64,000 nucleotides of DNA from NCBI GenBank assembly GCA_963665115.1, contig OY762007.1, forward strand, positions 320,001 to 384,000, read 5' to 3'. Below the pieces are notes generated by a model. It ran no database searches. It was given only the letters and a program-made list of their open reading frames with translations, and was not told the DNA's origin. Position numbers and translations under genes: made by a program. Positions 10,781 through 22,359 of this stretch are shown here, in pieces (position 1 is the first letter of the stretch; each line of letters starts with the position of its first letter). This DNA comes from an uncultured Rivularia sp. Its GTDB lineage: Bacteria > Cyanobacteriota > Cyanobacteriia > Cyanobacteriales > Nostocaceae.

Positions 10781-11209
10781 TTAATTAACAGTAATTTCTT
10801 CACCCATCCGCTCTTCCAAAAAATCCATTAATCCATCCACATCTTTATCAACTTGTTCAAAACAAACGGGTGGTGGAGTTTCTGGTTCAAAATAAATTAA
10901 CTTAATTTGTTCTTTTCCAATACCTATCATCAAAACTTCCACTTCGGGTTTATAATTCTCCACTAAACCCAAAATTTCCTGAAGTTTATTATCAACATTA
11001 TCGTTAAACTTTTCAATTGCCTCTTGAGGACAATATACAAAATGCGGCTTTGGTTGTAAATCAATACCGATAGTACCCTGACTATCACCATTTTGCTGCC
11101 AAAGTGCCCAACTTAGCGCCGCTAATTCAAGATGATGCGCTTTCACAAATTTGTCCAGCTTATGCAGCCATTTAGGTTGGGGTGTATCGGGTTGGGTACT
11201 AGCAAACAT
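10781..11209 (-). CDS. ccmS: Probable beta-carboxysome assembly chaperone CcmS
   Basis: Recalled similarity (LDKFVK..ELAALSW, GTIGIDLQP.PHFVYCP, EVLMIGIG); not searched. Confidence 0.6.
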   Translation of the reverse strand: MFASTQPDTPQPKWLHKLDKFVKAHHLELAALSWALWQQNGDSQGTIGIDLQPKPHFVYCPQEAIEKFNDNVDNKLQEILGLVENYKPEVEVLMIGIGKEQIKLIYFEPETPPPVCFEQVDKDVDGLMDFLEERMGEEITVN

Positions 11210-11320
11210 GATTACATCTGTAGAATACGCAGTTATATAATCATCTCACAGTTAGCAGTTAACAGTGAGCAGTTAGCACCATTCTTAATAAGCGTTACAA
11301 ACCGCCTTGGAATTGGTTTT

Positions 11321-11377
11321 GTAGTAGCGCTTCAGCGCCTCTGAATCCTGAATCATGAGGCGCTGAAGCGCTACTAC
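11321..11377. repeat. Inverted doublet of GTAG-type REP (REPIN-like)
   Basis: GTAGTAGCGCTTCAGCGCCTC ... GAGGCGCTGAAGCGCTACTAC. Confidence 0.8.
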
Positions 11378-11447
11378 GAACCTTAATTGCCCATCAAAAT
11401 TAATGAAACAAACCACTACTAGTCTGATTGTTTTGCCTGTTAACTGC

Positions 11448-12311
11448 TCACTGCTCGCTGCTTGGTGGTAATAGTAGTTGCTTGGGTTTGAGATGTGCTT
11501 TCATCCGAATTAGCAAAAATGCGATTGGAATACTCAGAATAAAACCAATGACGATAAAAAACATCCAGATAGTATGCCATTCCAAAATTCCTTCAACTCC
11601 GGCAATTTCGTAAAAGAAACGATTATTCGCGATTAATTTGGGAGTTGATTCGTTTTTGGGAATCTCAAATAAGAATTCGTAATATGGATAATGGTCGTTG
11701 CTAACTTGTCCGCCGTTTGCTGCTACAAATAAATATGGTTGCTGATTTTTATCTTCGGCTTCAACTACTATACCTTCAAGCCGCTTGCCATCACCTTTAG
11801 ATATTAAATCTCCGCTGGCTGAATCTGATACTAATTCACCGTTATACCCCGGCTTTCCTTCGTATAAAAGTTCAGTTTTTTCTAAATGATTATATAAAGA
11901 ATTTAGCTTATCTGGAGAAATATAAGAAGTCTTTTTTGGTAGCTTTCCTTTTTCAGACAAATCTAGAACAATACGAGTGCTATCGCAATATTCTGTATTG
12001 CATTTTCCGGTACCGCAACTGCTTTCAAGATTTTCAATACCTTTTGTTATGTCTTTGATGCAGGAATTGGATGTATCTATTTTAAAAATTCTGCTGCCGT
12101 CATTTCTTTTAATGCTAGAAACGGGAGTAATTGAACGAATTTTATCGAATTCTTCAACTTGTTGCGGTAATTCCGGAGGGCTGAAATAATATCCCCAATA
12201 AGATTTAGAAATTAATATAGAAGCGATAAAGCCAGTAAAAACACTACTACCGAAAGTAAGTAAAAATGTCACTATAATCCAAATAGGTTTTGGATGAGAA
12301 TTATTCTTCAT
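11448..12311 (-). CDS. Hypothetical membrane protein (N- and C-terminal TM helices)
   Basis: 287-aa ORF with two hydrophobic segments flanking a soluble domain. Confidence 0.7.
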   Translation of the reverse strand: MKNNSHPKPIWIIVTFLLTFGSSVFTGFIASILISKSYWGYYFSPPELPQQVEEFDKIRSITPVSSIKRNDGSRIFKIDTSNSCIKDITKGIENLESSCGTGKCNTEYCDSTRIVLDLSEKGKLPKKTSYISPDKLNSLYNHLEKTELLYEGKPGYNGELVSDSASGDLISKGDGKRLEGIVVEAEDKNQQPYLFVAANGGQVSNDHYPYYEFLFEIPKNESTPKLIANNRFFYEIAGVEGILEWHTIWMFFIVIGFILSIPIAFLLIRMKAHLKPKQLLLPPSSEQ

Positions 12312-12615
12312 CAGTATAATTAATGGTATAACTCAAAACACTGTTATAACTACTAATAGTGTTTCTATCAAGTTACATTATGTCCGGAAACAATTGTCAG
12401 TTATTAATAATCAATTATCAGTCTTAAGTTTTAGGTTGGGTTAGACACGAAACGCAAATTAGAATTGTAACGAAATTTTATATTCTCCTGTCGTAACCTA
12501 ACATTGCTAACTATTCACAAATCCTGTTTTTCATTGAGGTTAATTGGTGCGTTACGGCAATTTCAACATTTTTATTTACTTATAAAACTTCAGGTAGCCG
12601 TAACACACCCTACAT

Positions 12616-14436
12616 TTAACTGCTAACTGACTTTAACCCGGATTGTACTCTCCATAAACTTGCGTAAATTCCCTTGTGTGCTAATAATTCTTCATGGGTG
12701 CCGGATTCTACGATTTCGCCGTATTCTACAACATATATGCGATCTGAATTGCGAATGGTGGAAAGACGGTGGGCGATCGCGATGGTTGTTCTATCTACGG
12801 TAATTCTTTCTAATGAGCGGGCGATGGCTGCTTCTGTTTCGTTGTCTACTGCTGAAGTGGCTTCGTCTAAGATTAAGATTGGCGGATTTTTTAATATTGC
12901 TCTGGCGATCGCTATCCTTTGTCTTTGCCCACCGGATAATTTTTGTCCGCGCTCGCCGACTATTGTCTCATAGCCTTGGGGTAGCTGCATGATAAATTCG
13001 TGGGCTTCTGCAACTTTGGCGGCTGTGATAATTTCTTTTTCGTTAGCGCTGAAACTGCCGTAAGCGATATTTTCGGCTACTGTGCCGTGAAATAAAAATA
13101 CGTCTTGGCTGACTAAACCGATGCAGCGACGTAAATCTTGCAAATTAATGTTTTGTAGATCGATGTTATCAACGGTAATCGAGCCAGAAGTAATTTCGTA
13201 AAATCTCAGCAATAATTTAACTAAAGTACTTTTGCCCGAACCCGTAGAACCTACAATAGCAATAGTTTGTCCTGCGGGTATTTCTAAGGATAAATTTTTA
13301 ATTACTGGCTGTCTATCTTGATAGGCAAAAGTAATATTATTAAACGCAATTTCGCCGCGTACTTTTGCAATCGGTAAGTCTACATTTCCGGGATTAATCG
13401 TTATAGGAGTATCCAGCAAATTCATCACGCGATTTGTGGAAGCCATCGCTCTTTGATATAGATCGAAGGTTTGTCCCAATCTAGTTAAAGGCCAAAGTAA
13501 TCTTTGAGTTAAAAAGACTAAAACGCTGTAAGTTCCTACTGTCATATTGCCGTTAACAGCGGACATTCCGCCGAATAGTAATAGCGCCGTGAACCCGATT
13601 AAAATTAACATTCTAATTAAGGGTACAAAAGCAGCAGAAAGTTTAATTGCTTTACTATTACTGCGGCGATAAGCTTCACTTTCCGATTCTAAACGCTTGT
13701 TTTCATATTCTTCGGCAGTAAAACTTTTAATAGTAGTAATACCGCCTAAATTATTTGATAACCGCGAGTTAAGAAAACTTAGCTTTTCGCGAACATCAGC
13801 ATAGCGGGGTTCGAGTAAATCTTGATAAGCAAACGTTCCCCAAAGAATAAACGGAATCGGTAACATGGTCATCCATGCCACATTTGGAGCTAAAATCAAG
13901 AAAGCACCGCCAAGAATTATAATAGTTGTGGCAGTTTGCAATATATCGTTAGCTCCCACATCCAAAAAACGCTCTAGTTGGTTAATATCATCGCTTAAGA
14001 TAGACATTAAACCGCCGGTACTGCGTTCTTCAAAGTAAGCTAAGTCTAGATTTTGTAAATGTTTATAGGCATTCAAGCGCAAATCGTGCTGAATAGTTTG
14101 CGCCAAATTCCGCCATAGAGTTTCTAAAGCGTATTCAAAAACCGACTCTAATACCCAAATAACAACCGTTAAGAAAGAAATTATTAAAAATTGCCAAAAA
14201 ATATCAGTGATTCCCCAACTGGCAATGATAGAATTTTCCTTCTTGACAACAACATCAACGGCGAAGCCAATTAATACCGGAGGTGCTAGATCGAATAGCC
14301 GATTAAGAATAGAACAAACTACCGCTAGCCGAATTTTTTGGCGATAATCATGTCCGTAGTCAAGCAAGCGTTTCAACGGATGCGCTGAATCCCTACGCTG
14401 TTTCTGCAACCGATTGGATTTAAGTACTTGAGCCAC
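12616..14436 (-). CDS. ABC exporter, fused permease/ATPase (MsbA-like)
   Basis: TM domain, [23 protein letters not shown]. Confidence 0.95.
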   Translation of the reverse strand: MAQVLKSNRLQKQRRDSAHPLKRLLDYGHDYRQKIRLAVVCSILNRLFDLAPPVLIGFAVDVVVKKENSIIASWGITDIFWQFLIISFLTVVIWVLESVFEYALETLWRNLAQTIQHDLRLNAYKHLQNLDLAYFEERSTGGLMSILSDDINQLERFLDVGANDILQTATTIIILGGAFLILAPNVAWMTMLPIPFILWGTFAYQDLLEPRYADVREKLSFLNSRLSNNLGGITTIKSFTAEEYENKRLESESEAYRRSNSKAIKLSAAFVPLIRMLILIGFTALLLFGGMSAVNGNMTVGTYSVLVFLTQRLLWPLTRLGQTFDLYQRAMASTNRVMNLLDTPITINPGNVDLPIAKVRGEIAFNNITFAYQDRQPVIKNLSLEIPAGQTIAIVGSTGSGKSTLVKLLLRFYEITSGSITVDNIDLQNINLQDLRRCIGLVSQDVFLFHGTVAENIAYGSFSANEKEIITAAKVAEAHEFIMQLPQGYETIVGERGQKLSGGQRQRIAIARAILKNPPILILDEATSAVDNETEAAIARSLERITVDRTTIAIAHRLSTIRNSDRIYVVEYGEIVESGTHEELLAHKGIYASLWRVQSGLKSVSS

Positions 14437-14669
14437 AATTTTAGGTAAATGCTAGGAACCTATTTTACCACGAAATCAATTATCAATTATCAATTAACAA
14501 TTATCAATGATTTATAGTTAGGGAAGTTTGAAACAGTTTTGAATTGCTTTACCGCTTTATACATTCATAATTACTTTCAATATTTACTTTAAGAGCATAA
14601 ATCGGGCGATAATTATACATGAATTGATAAATTGAGAACTGAATAACTAACATAAAAAGGAGCTTTCAA

Positions 14670-15512
14670 TTGAAGAATCAACAATTAGGTGGATTGCAAT
14701 CGGCAATCGCAGGGGTAGTACTCTCACTACTGCTTATTTTTGCCCTTAATGCATTTGTAATTATTAATCCCGGTCAAGCCGGAGTTTTGAGTATATTAGG
14801 AAAAGCTCAAGATGGTGCTTTACTTGAAGGTATTCATTTCAAACCACCACTAGTATCGAATGTCGATATATACGATGTAACAGTACAGAAATACGAAATT
14901 CCCGCCCAAAGTTCTACTAAAGATTTGCAGCAATTGACGGCAAAATTTGCGATCAACTTTCGGATAGATTCCGTAGAAGTTGTGGAAATTAGAAGAAAAC
15001 AGGGAAGTTTAGAAAACATCGTCTCAAAAATTATTGCACCGCAAACTCAGGAATCTTTTAAAGTTGCCGCAGCAAGAAGAACTGTAGAAGAAGCTATTAC
15101 CAAAAGAGAAGAATTGAAAAATGATTTTGATAATGCTTTAGGGCAACGTTTGGATAAATATGGAGTGATAATATTAGATACTAGCGTCATTGACTTAACT
15201 TTCTCTCCTGAATTTGCCAAAGCCGTTGAAGAAAAGCAAATTGCCGAACAACGTTCGCAAAGAGCAGTTTATGTAGCAGCAGAAGCCGAGCAAGAAGCAT
15301 TCGCCGACATCAACCGTGCTAGAGGTAGAGCAGAAGCCCAAAAACTGTTAGCTGAAACTTTGAAAGCTCAAGGTGGAGAGTTAGTGTTACAAAAAGAAGC
15401 TATTGAAGCCTGGAAAAGTGGAGGCGCTCAAATGCCAAGAGTTCTTGTGATGGGAGGAGAGTCAAATAGTAGCGTACCATTTTTGTTTAATTTAAGTAAC
15501 ATACAAGATTAA
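14670..15512 (+). CDS. Prohibitin/SPFH (band 7) protein
   Basis: N-terminal TM, STKDLQ, FSPEFAKAVEEKQIAEQ; AGGAG RBS before TTG. Confidence 0.9.
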   Translation: MKNQQLGGLQSAIAGVVLSLLLIFALNAFVIINPGQAGVLSILGKAQDGALLEGIHFKPPLVSNVDIYDVTVQKYEIPAQSSTKDLQQLTAKFAINFRIDSVEVVEIRRKQGSLENIVSKIIAPQTQESFKVAAARRTVEEAITKREELKNDFDNALGQRLDKYGVIILDTSVIDLTFSPEFAKAVEEKQIAEQRSQRAVYVAAEAEQEAFADINRARGRAEAQKLLAETLKAQGGELVLQKEAIEAWKSGGAQMPRVLVMGGESNSSVPFLFNLSNIQD

Positions 15513-15588
15513 TTCTCCTTGAAATTTTTGGTAAAGTAGAGGCTCTACCGCGACGCAAAGTAAACCCCTAGTAGATTCAAGTTAGGCT

Positions 15589-16005
15589 ATGACAAGCAAA
15601 CCCCAAACCCAAATTACGGTTGAAGAAGCCAAGAAAATATTGAGTAAATATGACTTCGTTGATGTTGCAGCCCAACTGAAGCCATCAGAGAAAATTTCAG
15701 TCCGTGGGGCTTTGACTTTGCTTGCTAATCTTTGCGATTATCAAATTCTGGGTATTTCTGCCGATACCACCGAACAAGGAATAAAAGCAATGGAAAGTTA
15801 TTCCAGAGCGTTGGGATACGAGCCTCCGAAAAATTTACCATCAATTGAAGGTCCCGTTTACATTAAATTAAATGGTAAAAACGGCTTGTGTTACATAGAT
15901 CCCTATATGGGGCATCATCGTGGGGTTTTAGTTTCTTGTCAATCTTCTTCCGAAGGTGGAATGAACCATATGTACGGACATTTACCCTTAGATTTATTCG
16001 ATTAA
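15589..16005 (+). CDS. DUF1824 family protein
   Basis: DYQILGISA, GPVYIKLNG, RGVLVSCQ, YGHLPLDLF. Confidence 0.75.
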   Translation: MTSKPQTQITVEEAKKILSKYDFVDVAAQLKPSEKISVRGALTLLANLCDYQILGISADTTEQGIKAMESYSRALGYEPPKNLPSIEGPVYIKLNGKNGLCYIDPYMGHHRGVLVSCQSSSEGGMNHMYGHLPLDLFD

Positions 16006-16023
16006 ACGATCTTGGTAATTGGG

Positions 16024-16068
16024 GAGGCAGTCCGTTGCGGAGGTTCCCTCCGTTGTAGGAACTGCCGT
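16024..16068. repeat. 45-nt structured dispersed repeat (homolog of the crtH insertion)
   Basis: GAGGCAGTCCGTTGCGGAGGTTCCCTCCGTTGTAGGAACTGCCGT. Confidence 0.8.
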
Positions 16069-16229
16069 CATGGGGCATTGGGCATTGAATATTACAATGC
16101 ATACGGTTTTCAATAATCTCATTGCGCCTTAAATATTGAGAAGCCGTAATGCACTACTATTTGTTGGTGCATTACGGCTTTAAGTATTTATTTATTATCT
16201 ATTAACTAGTTCCCAGTCTCCAGCTTTAT

Positions 16230-16347
16230 CTAGTTCCCAGTCTCCGGCTGGGAACCCCAGGCGCGAGGCTCTGCCTCCTTTGTGCCTCCTTTCCAACTGG
16301 AGGCAGAGCCTCCTGAAATGCGTTACAAGGCAGAGCCTTGTAACGAG
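16230..16347. repeat. Composite palindromic dispersed repeat
   Basis: GTTCCCAG..CTGGGAAC, GAGGCTCTGCCTC..GAGGCAGAGCCTC and CGTTACAAGGC..GCCTTGTAACG hairpins. Confidence 0.65.
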
Positions 16348-16451
16348 ATAAACGAGATAAAAAACTGTACTGATTCTGATACCTAAGCTATCTTTATAAA
16401 TGGTGCCTGCACCTTATTTAAAATAATCTAAAATCTAAAATCTAAAATCCT

Positions 16452-18380
16452 ATGGGTGTTATTACACTACAATCTGTCAAAAAAGATTTTGGCATCAAGG
16501 AAATTCTTAAAGATGCTTCTTTTAGCTTGAATGCTGACGAAAAGGTTGGCTTAATTGGTACTAATGGTTCCGGTAAATCGACATTATTAAAAATGATTGC
16601 TGGGATGGAACCGATTGATGGTGGTGAAATTATTGTCAATCCCGGTGCTAAAGTTATATATTTACCGCAACAGCCAGATTTAGATGAAAGTCTTACTGTT
16701 TTAGAACAGATATTTGCTGATAGTAGCGAGCAAATGAATTTGGTGCGCGAATATGAAGAAATTTCCGATAAATTAGCTAAAAACCCCGAAGATAATCAGT
16801 TGCTATCGCGTTTGGGTGAAGTGACGCAGCGAATGGATATGATTGGTGCTTGGGAAGTTGAAACCAACGCTAAAATTATTCTTTCTCAGTTAGGAATTAC
16901 TGATTTTGATGCAATAATTGGTACTTTATCTGGTGGTTATCGCAAGCGGATTGCTTTGGCAACTGCTTTGTTATCCGAACCAGATTTATTGTTAATGGAT
17001 GAGCCGACAAACCATTTAGATGCTGATTCTGTGGAGTGGCTGCAAAGTTATTTGAATCGCAGAAATGGCGCTTTATTGTTAATAACTCACGATAGATATT
17101 TTTTGGATAAGGTAACAAATCGGATTATTGAAATCGATCGAGGTGATTTTTATACATACTCCGGTAACTATTCATATTATTTACAAAAGAAAGCCGAAGC
17201 TGAAGAATCTGCTGCTAGCAGCGAACGTAAATTTAAAGGAGTATTGCGGCGAGAATTAGAATGGCTAAAAAAAGGACCAAAAGCTAGAAGCACTAAACAG
17301 AAAGCCAGAATAGATCGAATTAGCGATATGCGGGCAACCGAGTTTAAACAAACTCAAGGTAAAGTCGAGATTTCTACAGCAAGTCGTCGCATTGGGAAGA
17401 AGGTTATTGAAGTTAATAATATCTCGAAATCTTTTGACAACAGAACTTTATTTAAAGATTTTACCTACGAATTTAGTCCCGAAGATAGAGTCGGAATTAT
17501 TGGTGAAAATGGTGCTGGTAAATCCACTTTAATCAATATAATTATTGGTAAAGAACAACCAGATGCTGGCGAAGTTGATATTGGCTCCACCGTTTATATT
17601 GGTTATTTCGATCAGCATTCAGAAGAATTAATTGGTGCTTCTAATGATTCGCAGCGAGTCATCGATTATATCAAACAAGAAGGAGCAGAATTTATTGAAA
17701 CTGCCGATGGAACCAGAATTAGTGCTTCTCAAATGTTGGAGAGGTTTTTGTTTCCACCGAATCAACAATATGCGCCGATTAATAAGCTTTCTGGTGGTGA
17801 AAAACGGCGTTTGTTCTTGTTGCGAATTTTGATGAGTGCGCCGAATGTTTTAATATTGGACGAACCAACAAACGATTTAGACGTTCAAACTTTAGCGGTA
17901 TTAGAAGATTATTTAGAAGACTTCAAAGGTTGCGTAATAGTAGTATCTCACGACCGTTACTTTTTAGATCGTACTATCGATCGAATTTTCGCTTTTGAAG
18001 ATAGGAAGATTAGAGAATTTCCCGGTAATTATTCGGTGTATTTGGATTTTAAAAGAGCAGAAGAAGCGAAAGCAAAGCAATTGCAGGCTGAGTTAGAGAA
18101 AAGTAAGCCAAAGGTAGCAGCGCAGAAAGTAGAAACTCAAGTTAAGAAAGAAGATAAAAAGAAGCGGCGTTTATCAAATTGGGAAAGAAAGGAATTCGAG
18201 CAGTTAGAAGGAAAAATTGCTCAATTGGAAGATGAGAAAACGGAAACGGAAATGGCTTTAACCAAAGGTGCTGGGAATTATACGGAAGTGCAAGAGCTTT
18301 ATGACAAAGTAGAGAAATTGAAAGAAGAGATCGAGAAATCTACGGAAAGGTGGATGGAATTGGCTGAGATTGATGGGTAA
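16452..18380 (+). CDS. ABC-F family ATPase (Uup-like)
   Basis: Two ABC cassettes (GTNGSGKS, GENGAGKS; LSGG twice; DEPTN twice), no TM domain, C-terminal coiled coil. Confidence 0.92.
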   Translation: MGVITLQSVKKDFGIKEILKDASFSLNADEKVGLIGTNGSGKSTLLKMIAGMEPIDGGEIIVNPGAKVIYLPQQPDLDESLTVLEQIFADSSEQMNLVREYEEISDKLAKNPEDNQLLSRLGEVTQRMDMIGAWEVETNAKIILSQLGITDFDAIIGTLSGGYRKRIALATALLSEPDLLLMDEPTNHLDADSVEWLQSYLNRRNGALLLITHDRYFLDKVTNRIIEIDRGDFYTYSGNYSYYLQKKAEAEESAASSERKFKGVLRRELEWLKKGPKARSTKQKARIDRISDMRATEFKQTQGKVEISTASRRIGKKVIEVNNISKSFDNRTLFKDFTYEFSPEDRVGIIGENGAGKSTLINIIIGKEQPDAGEVDIGSTVYIGYFDQHSEELIGASNDSQRVIDYIKQEGAEFIETADGTRISASQMLERFLFPPNQQYAPINKLSGGEKRRLFLLRILMSAPNVLILDEPTNDLDVQTLAVLEDYLEDFKGCVIVVSHDRYFLDRTIDRIFAFEDRKIREFPGNYSVYLDFKRAEEAKAKQLQAELEKSKPKVAAQKVETQVKKEDKKKRRLSNWERKEFEQLEGKIAQLEDEKTETEMALTKGAGNYTEVQELYDKVEKLKEEIEKSTERWMELAEIDG

Positions 18381-18472
18381 ATTGGGCATTGGTAATTTGT
18401 AATTGTTAATTAGTAAACTATAGAGAGCAAGATGCTCCCACTACAGTGATTAGTAGCAAACGCAAAACTAAT

Positions 18473-18498
18473 GTAGAGACGTAGCAGTGCTACGTCTC
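18473..18498 (+). repeat. REP identical to the RAYT-flanking REP
   Basis: GTAGAGACGTAGCAGTGCTACGTCTC. Confidence 0.9.
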
Positions 18499-18700
18499 CA
18501 TAAATTTGAAATCATCACTTGATATTTTGATTCAGCAGCACCATTACTATTTTTTAATTAGTGAAGATTATCGATTTAAAAAACCGCAGAGACGTAGAGA
18601 ACGCAAAGGAAGAGGTAAAGATAAATTTTTTGTAGAGTGTTATTAGCGATAGCGCAAGGCACTATTTATATTATGAATTATAGGAGACAGAACCAAAATC

Positions 18701-19345
18701 ATGCGTAATTACAACAAAATCAACTGGGCTGACATTGAAAAACAAATAAAACAAGCAAAAGAAGAATATTGGGGTTGTTTTAATCTGAGTAACTATGGCT
18801 TAACAGAGATACCAACCGAAATATTCGAGATAGATTCTTTATGTGAATTGGATTTAAGTTACAATCGCTTTGAAAATATTCCTTCAGATATATCTCAATT
18901 AACTAATTTAAGCTATTTGATTTTAGATAATAACAAAATTACCAGTCTCCCTGAAGATTTAATTCAAATCACCAATTTATACGAGATTTATTTAGAAGAG
19001 AATGATTTAGTCTCTATTCCTTCTGTTGTTTTTGAAATTACAAGTTTGACTGGTTTATCTGTAAGCTTTAATTCTATAAATAAGCTCCCAGTAAATATAT
19101 CTCAGCTAAAAAATCTGGAATCGCTAGATTTGAGGGGAAATAATTTAACAGAGCTACCAGAAGAGTTATTTGAATTGAGTAATTTAAAATATCTATTTTT
19201 GGAAGATAATGAATTACAAGAAATTTCTAGTTCTATTTGTAAACTGACTAATTTAGAAAAACTTACTTTACTTGATAATCCAATTACAGAAATACCCGAT
19301 TGTGTTTCTAAAGTAGTTGATTTAAATAATTCATCCTTTAATTAG
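18701..19345 (+). CDS. Leucine-rich repeat protein 1
   Basis: Seven to eight 23-aa LxxLxLxxNxLxxLP repeats. Confidence 0.9.
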   Translation: MRNYNKINWADIEKQIKQAKEEYWGCFNLSNYGLTEIPTEIFEIDSLCELDLSYNRFENIPSDISQLTNLSYLILDNNKITSLPEDLIQITNLYEIYLEENDLVSIPSVVFEITSLTGLSVSFNSINKLPVNISQLKNLESLDLRGNNLTELPEELFELSNLKYLFLEDNELQEISSSICKLTNLEKLTLLDNPITEIPDCVSKVVDLNNSSFN

Positions 19346-19422
19346 TAGGGTGTGTTGTCGCTTTAGCGCAACGCACTATTTATATTATTAGTAATTTTAA
19401 TTTATAAATAAAGCCCAAGTTT

Positions 19423-20058
19423 ATGAGTAATTATTCTGAAATAGATTGGGATTGGTTTCAAGAAAATGTTAAACAAGCTAAAGAAACACAAAGTAATGTT
19501 TTTAGCTTAATTAATCATGGTTTAAAAGAAATACCAAGCGAAGTTTTTGAGATAAAATCTTTAACTTCGTTAGATTTGAGATGGAATTGTTTGAAAACTA
19601 TTTCACCAGAAATATCTAAACTGAAAAATTTAGACTATTTACAGATGGATTCTAATCAAATCGAAACTCTTCCCGATAGTTTTGGTGAGCTTATTCATTT
19701 AGAGGAACTGTATTTAACAAGGAATGAATTTACGTCTATTCCTTCAGCTATCTTTAAACTTAAAAATTTAACTTGTTTATCTTTAGATTTTAATCAGATA
19801 GACGAGCTTCCAGCAGATATATGTCAACTAAAAAAACTTGAATCCCTTAGTTTAGGTGATAATCAATTAAAAGAATTACCAGAAGAACTTTTTCAACTGA
19901 TTAGTTTAGAAGACTTATTTTTCGAGAATAATCAATTACAGGAAATATCTAATTCTGTTTGTAAACTGACTAATTTGGATTTCATTGGTTTATATGATAA
20001 CCCAATCAAAAAAATTCCTGATTGCATTTCTAAGATAGTAGAATTCAATAATTTGTAG
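19423..20058 (+). CDS. Leucine-rich repeat protein 2 (paralog of the previous gene)
   Basis: Same repeat register and caps (KQAKE; DNPIxxIPDCxSKxV). Confidence 0.9.
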   Translation: MSNYSEIDWDWFQENVKQAKETQSNVFSLINHGLKEIPSEVFEIKSLTSLDLRWNCLKTISPEISKLKNLDYLQMDSNQIETLPDSFGELIHLEELYLTRNEFTSIPSAIFKLKNLTCLSLDFNQIDELPADICQLKKLESLSLGDNQLKELPEELFQLISLEDLFFENNQLQEISNSVCKLTNLDFIGLYDNPIKKIPDCISKIVEFNNL

Positions 20059-20071
20059 GTTGTGTTGTAAC

Positions 20072-21145
20072 TCAAGAAAAACGGGAACGACGATGCAAAA
20101 TCACCCACATCACAACTGGAGTACCAATCAAAGCAGTAACGGAGTTTAAAGGTAAAACAGCCTCACTTCCCGGTAACTGGGATACCAAATCTGCTATCAA
20201 AGCCAATATTGCACCCATCACAGCAACGACGGGAATTAATATTTTATGGTTTACAGTTTTAAATAAATTGCGACAGAGGTGAGGAACCACAACACCTAAA
20301 AATCCAATCGGGCCGCAAAAAGCAGTAATCGCACCTGCTAAAATTGAAGCGCTGGTGATAATCCAGAATCTTGTTTGTTGTACTGCTAAACCCAAAGTTT
20401 GAGCTTGAGATTCACCCAAAAGCATTACATTCAGAGGTTTTGATAATAGCAAAGCCATAATTAATCCTAACAAAATTACGGGTGCTAAAATTATCATTTG
20501 TTGCCAAGTGACACCCCCAAAACTCCCAAATGTCCACTGTAAATATGATTGGATTTGATTATTTTCACTAAAATGCAGCAAAATACTAACAATAGCACTA
20601 GTCGCATAACCAAATAGTAATCCCAAAATTAATAACGTCATGGAATCGGGTACGCGATGAGATATTAATAGTACCATTCCTAACACTAATGCCGCACCCA
20701 GACAAGCTGCTATAACTAAAGTTAAATCGCCGATTATTCCTAACTTTATCAGCCATATACCTATACCAGTAGTGTTTGTTGCGAGAACCACTAACGCTAC
20801 TCCTAAAGAAGCACCGGAACTAATTCCTAATACAAACGGTCCAGCAAGTGGGTTTTTAAAAAGCGTTTGCATTTCTAAACCACTTACACCCAAAGCAGCA
20901 CCAGCTAAAGTAGCAGTTAAAGCTTTTGGTAAACGAAATTTGAGAATAATAGTAGTCCAAGTAGCTTTTTCTGATTCTCCCCCTAATAGAATAATTATTA
21001 CTTGTTGAATCGGAATATGAACGGAACCGAAAGCTAAATTTGACAAAAATACGAATATTAAGCTACTAATTAAAGTTACAAAGATAATAGACTGAAAGCT
21101 ATTTTTGCTGAAAAACTGATTGTATAAATATTTATAATTACCCAT
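20072..21145 (-). CDS. btuC: FecCD/BtuC-family ABC permease (cobalamin uptake)
   Basis: FRLPKALTA, MQTLFKNPLAGPFVLGISSGA, GPIGFLGVVVPH; in the riboswitch-led operon. Confidence 0.8.
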   Translation of the reverse strand: MGNYKYLYNQFFSKNSFQSIIFVTLISSLIFVFLSNLAFGSVHIPIQQVIIILLGGESEKATWTTIILKFRLPKALTATLAGAALGVSGLEMQTLFKNPLAGPFVLGISSGASLGVALVVLATNTTGIGIWLIKLGIIGDLTLVIAACLGAALVLGMVLLISHRVPDSMTLLILGLLFGYATSAIVSILLHFSENNQIQSYLQWTFGSFGGVTWQQMIILAPVILLGLIMALLLSKPLNVMLLGESQAQTLGLAVQQTRFWIITSASILAGAITAFCGPIGFLGVVVPHLCRNLFKTVNHKILIPVVAVMGAILALIADLVSQLPGSEAVLPLNSVTALIGTPVVMWVILHRRSRFS

Positions 21146-21171
21146 TACCCATTACCTATTCCCCATTCTCA

Positions 21172-22359
21172 TTAATCAAGCTGCTGATAAAAAAATAACT
21201 GATGATTCGGTAATAATTCTGGATGAAAAATTTTAATTAAGTCAGCTAAAATCACATCGGGATTACTGATTCCAGCTTCCCAATAATCATTACCTCCATT
21301 TTCATTTAAACGAGCATTGTTATTGTAAACATTACCCTTTTTGACTGCTTGAAAATTACTGTAACGACTATCTGCTTTAATCACATCTTCTAAACTCTGC
21401 CAAGATTGACTGACATTTAACCAATAATCTGCTGTAGCAGCACGTTCAAAAACATCTTCAAAAGATGAAGGTGTACTACCAGAAGAATTTTCAGCACAAA
21501 GTAATTCTGCACCAGCATCTGCTAAATATTGCGCTGCATAACTTTGACATCCCGGTACATACCAAGTTCCTTTAAAATTAAATCCTGTAAATACTTTTGG
21601 ACGTTTTTTGATAGCTTTAGTTTGAGCAGCAATTTCTTGATATTTCCCAGCTATTTCACCAAATTCTTTTTCAGCAATATCTTCTTTATTAAAAAACATA
21701 GAAGTAAACTTTAACCATTCTGCACGCCCTAATGGTGTATTTTCCATATATTCAGCGTTGATAGCTACTTTTAATCCTGCTTCTAATAATTTAGGATGAC
21801 TATCTGTTTGTGGGTTTCCCGTTCCATAAGTTGTAACTAAATCAGGATTGAGTTCTAACAATCTTTCTACATTCACATTATTTCCTAATTCTGCAATTTT
21901 ACCTGCTTTTATTTTCTCAACTACTTCTGATGTATTGACTATTTTCGGATTGCTTACACCGACGAGTTTATCTACTACTCCTAATTTTGCTAAATGGGGT
22001 AAATGAGTAGTGGAAAGGGATGTAACTGTATTTACGGGTACTGTAATTATTTGATTTTCCTTAAATCCTTCCGGTGCTGGTGTACCGCATTCAACTAAAA
22101 CATATTGAAAACTTGTTTTTGCGTCTTTCCAAGGATTTTTTACCGTGACAATTTTGTAATTATTTTGATATTCTACAGCAAATCCGGTTGCATAATTAAT
22201 CTTTACTTTATTAGGAAAATAGTCTTGATTTGAATCATAATTTTGAACGCAACTTTGATTATAAATAGATGAGACTTCTGGAGGAACTGATGTGTTTTTA
22301 CAAGCAATAATCAACAATGCAACACATACAACCTGAAATAAAAATGATAATAATTTCAT
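21172..22359 (-). CDS. btuF: Cobalamin/iron ABC substrate-binding lipoprotein
   Basis: Lipobox IIAC; EYMENTPLGRAEWLKF; PDVILADLIKIFHP. Confidence 0.78.
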   Translation of the reverse strand: MKLLSFLFQVVCVALLIIACKNTSVPPEVSSIYNQSCVQNYDSNQDYFPNKVKINYATGFAVEYQNNYKIVTVKNPWKDAKTSFQYVLVECGTPAPEGFKENQIITVPVNTVTSLSTTHLPHLAKLGVVDKLVGVSNPKIVNTSEVVEKIKAGKIAELGNNVNVERLLELNPDLVTTYGTGNPQTDSHPKLLEAGLKVAINAEYMENTPLGRAEWLKFTSMFFNKEDIAEKEFGEIAGKYQEIAAQTKAIKKRPKVFTGFNFKGTWYVPGCQSYAAQYLADAGAELLCAENSSGSTPSSFEDVFERAATADYWLNVSQSWQSLEDVIKADSRYSNFQAVKKGNVYNNNARLNENGGNDYWEAGISNPDVILADLIKIFHPELLPNHQLFFYQQLD

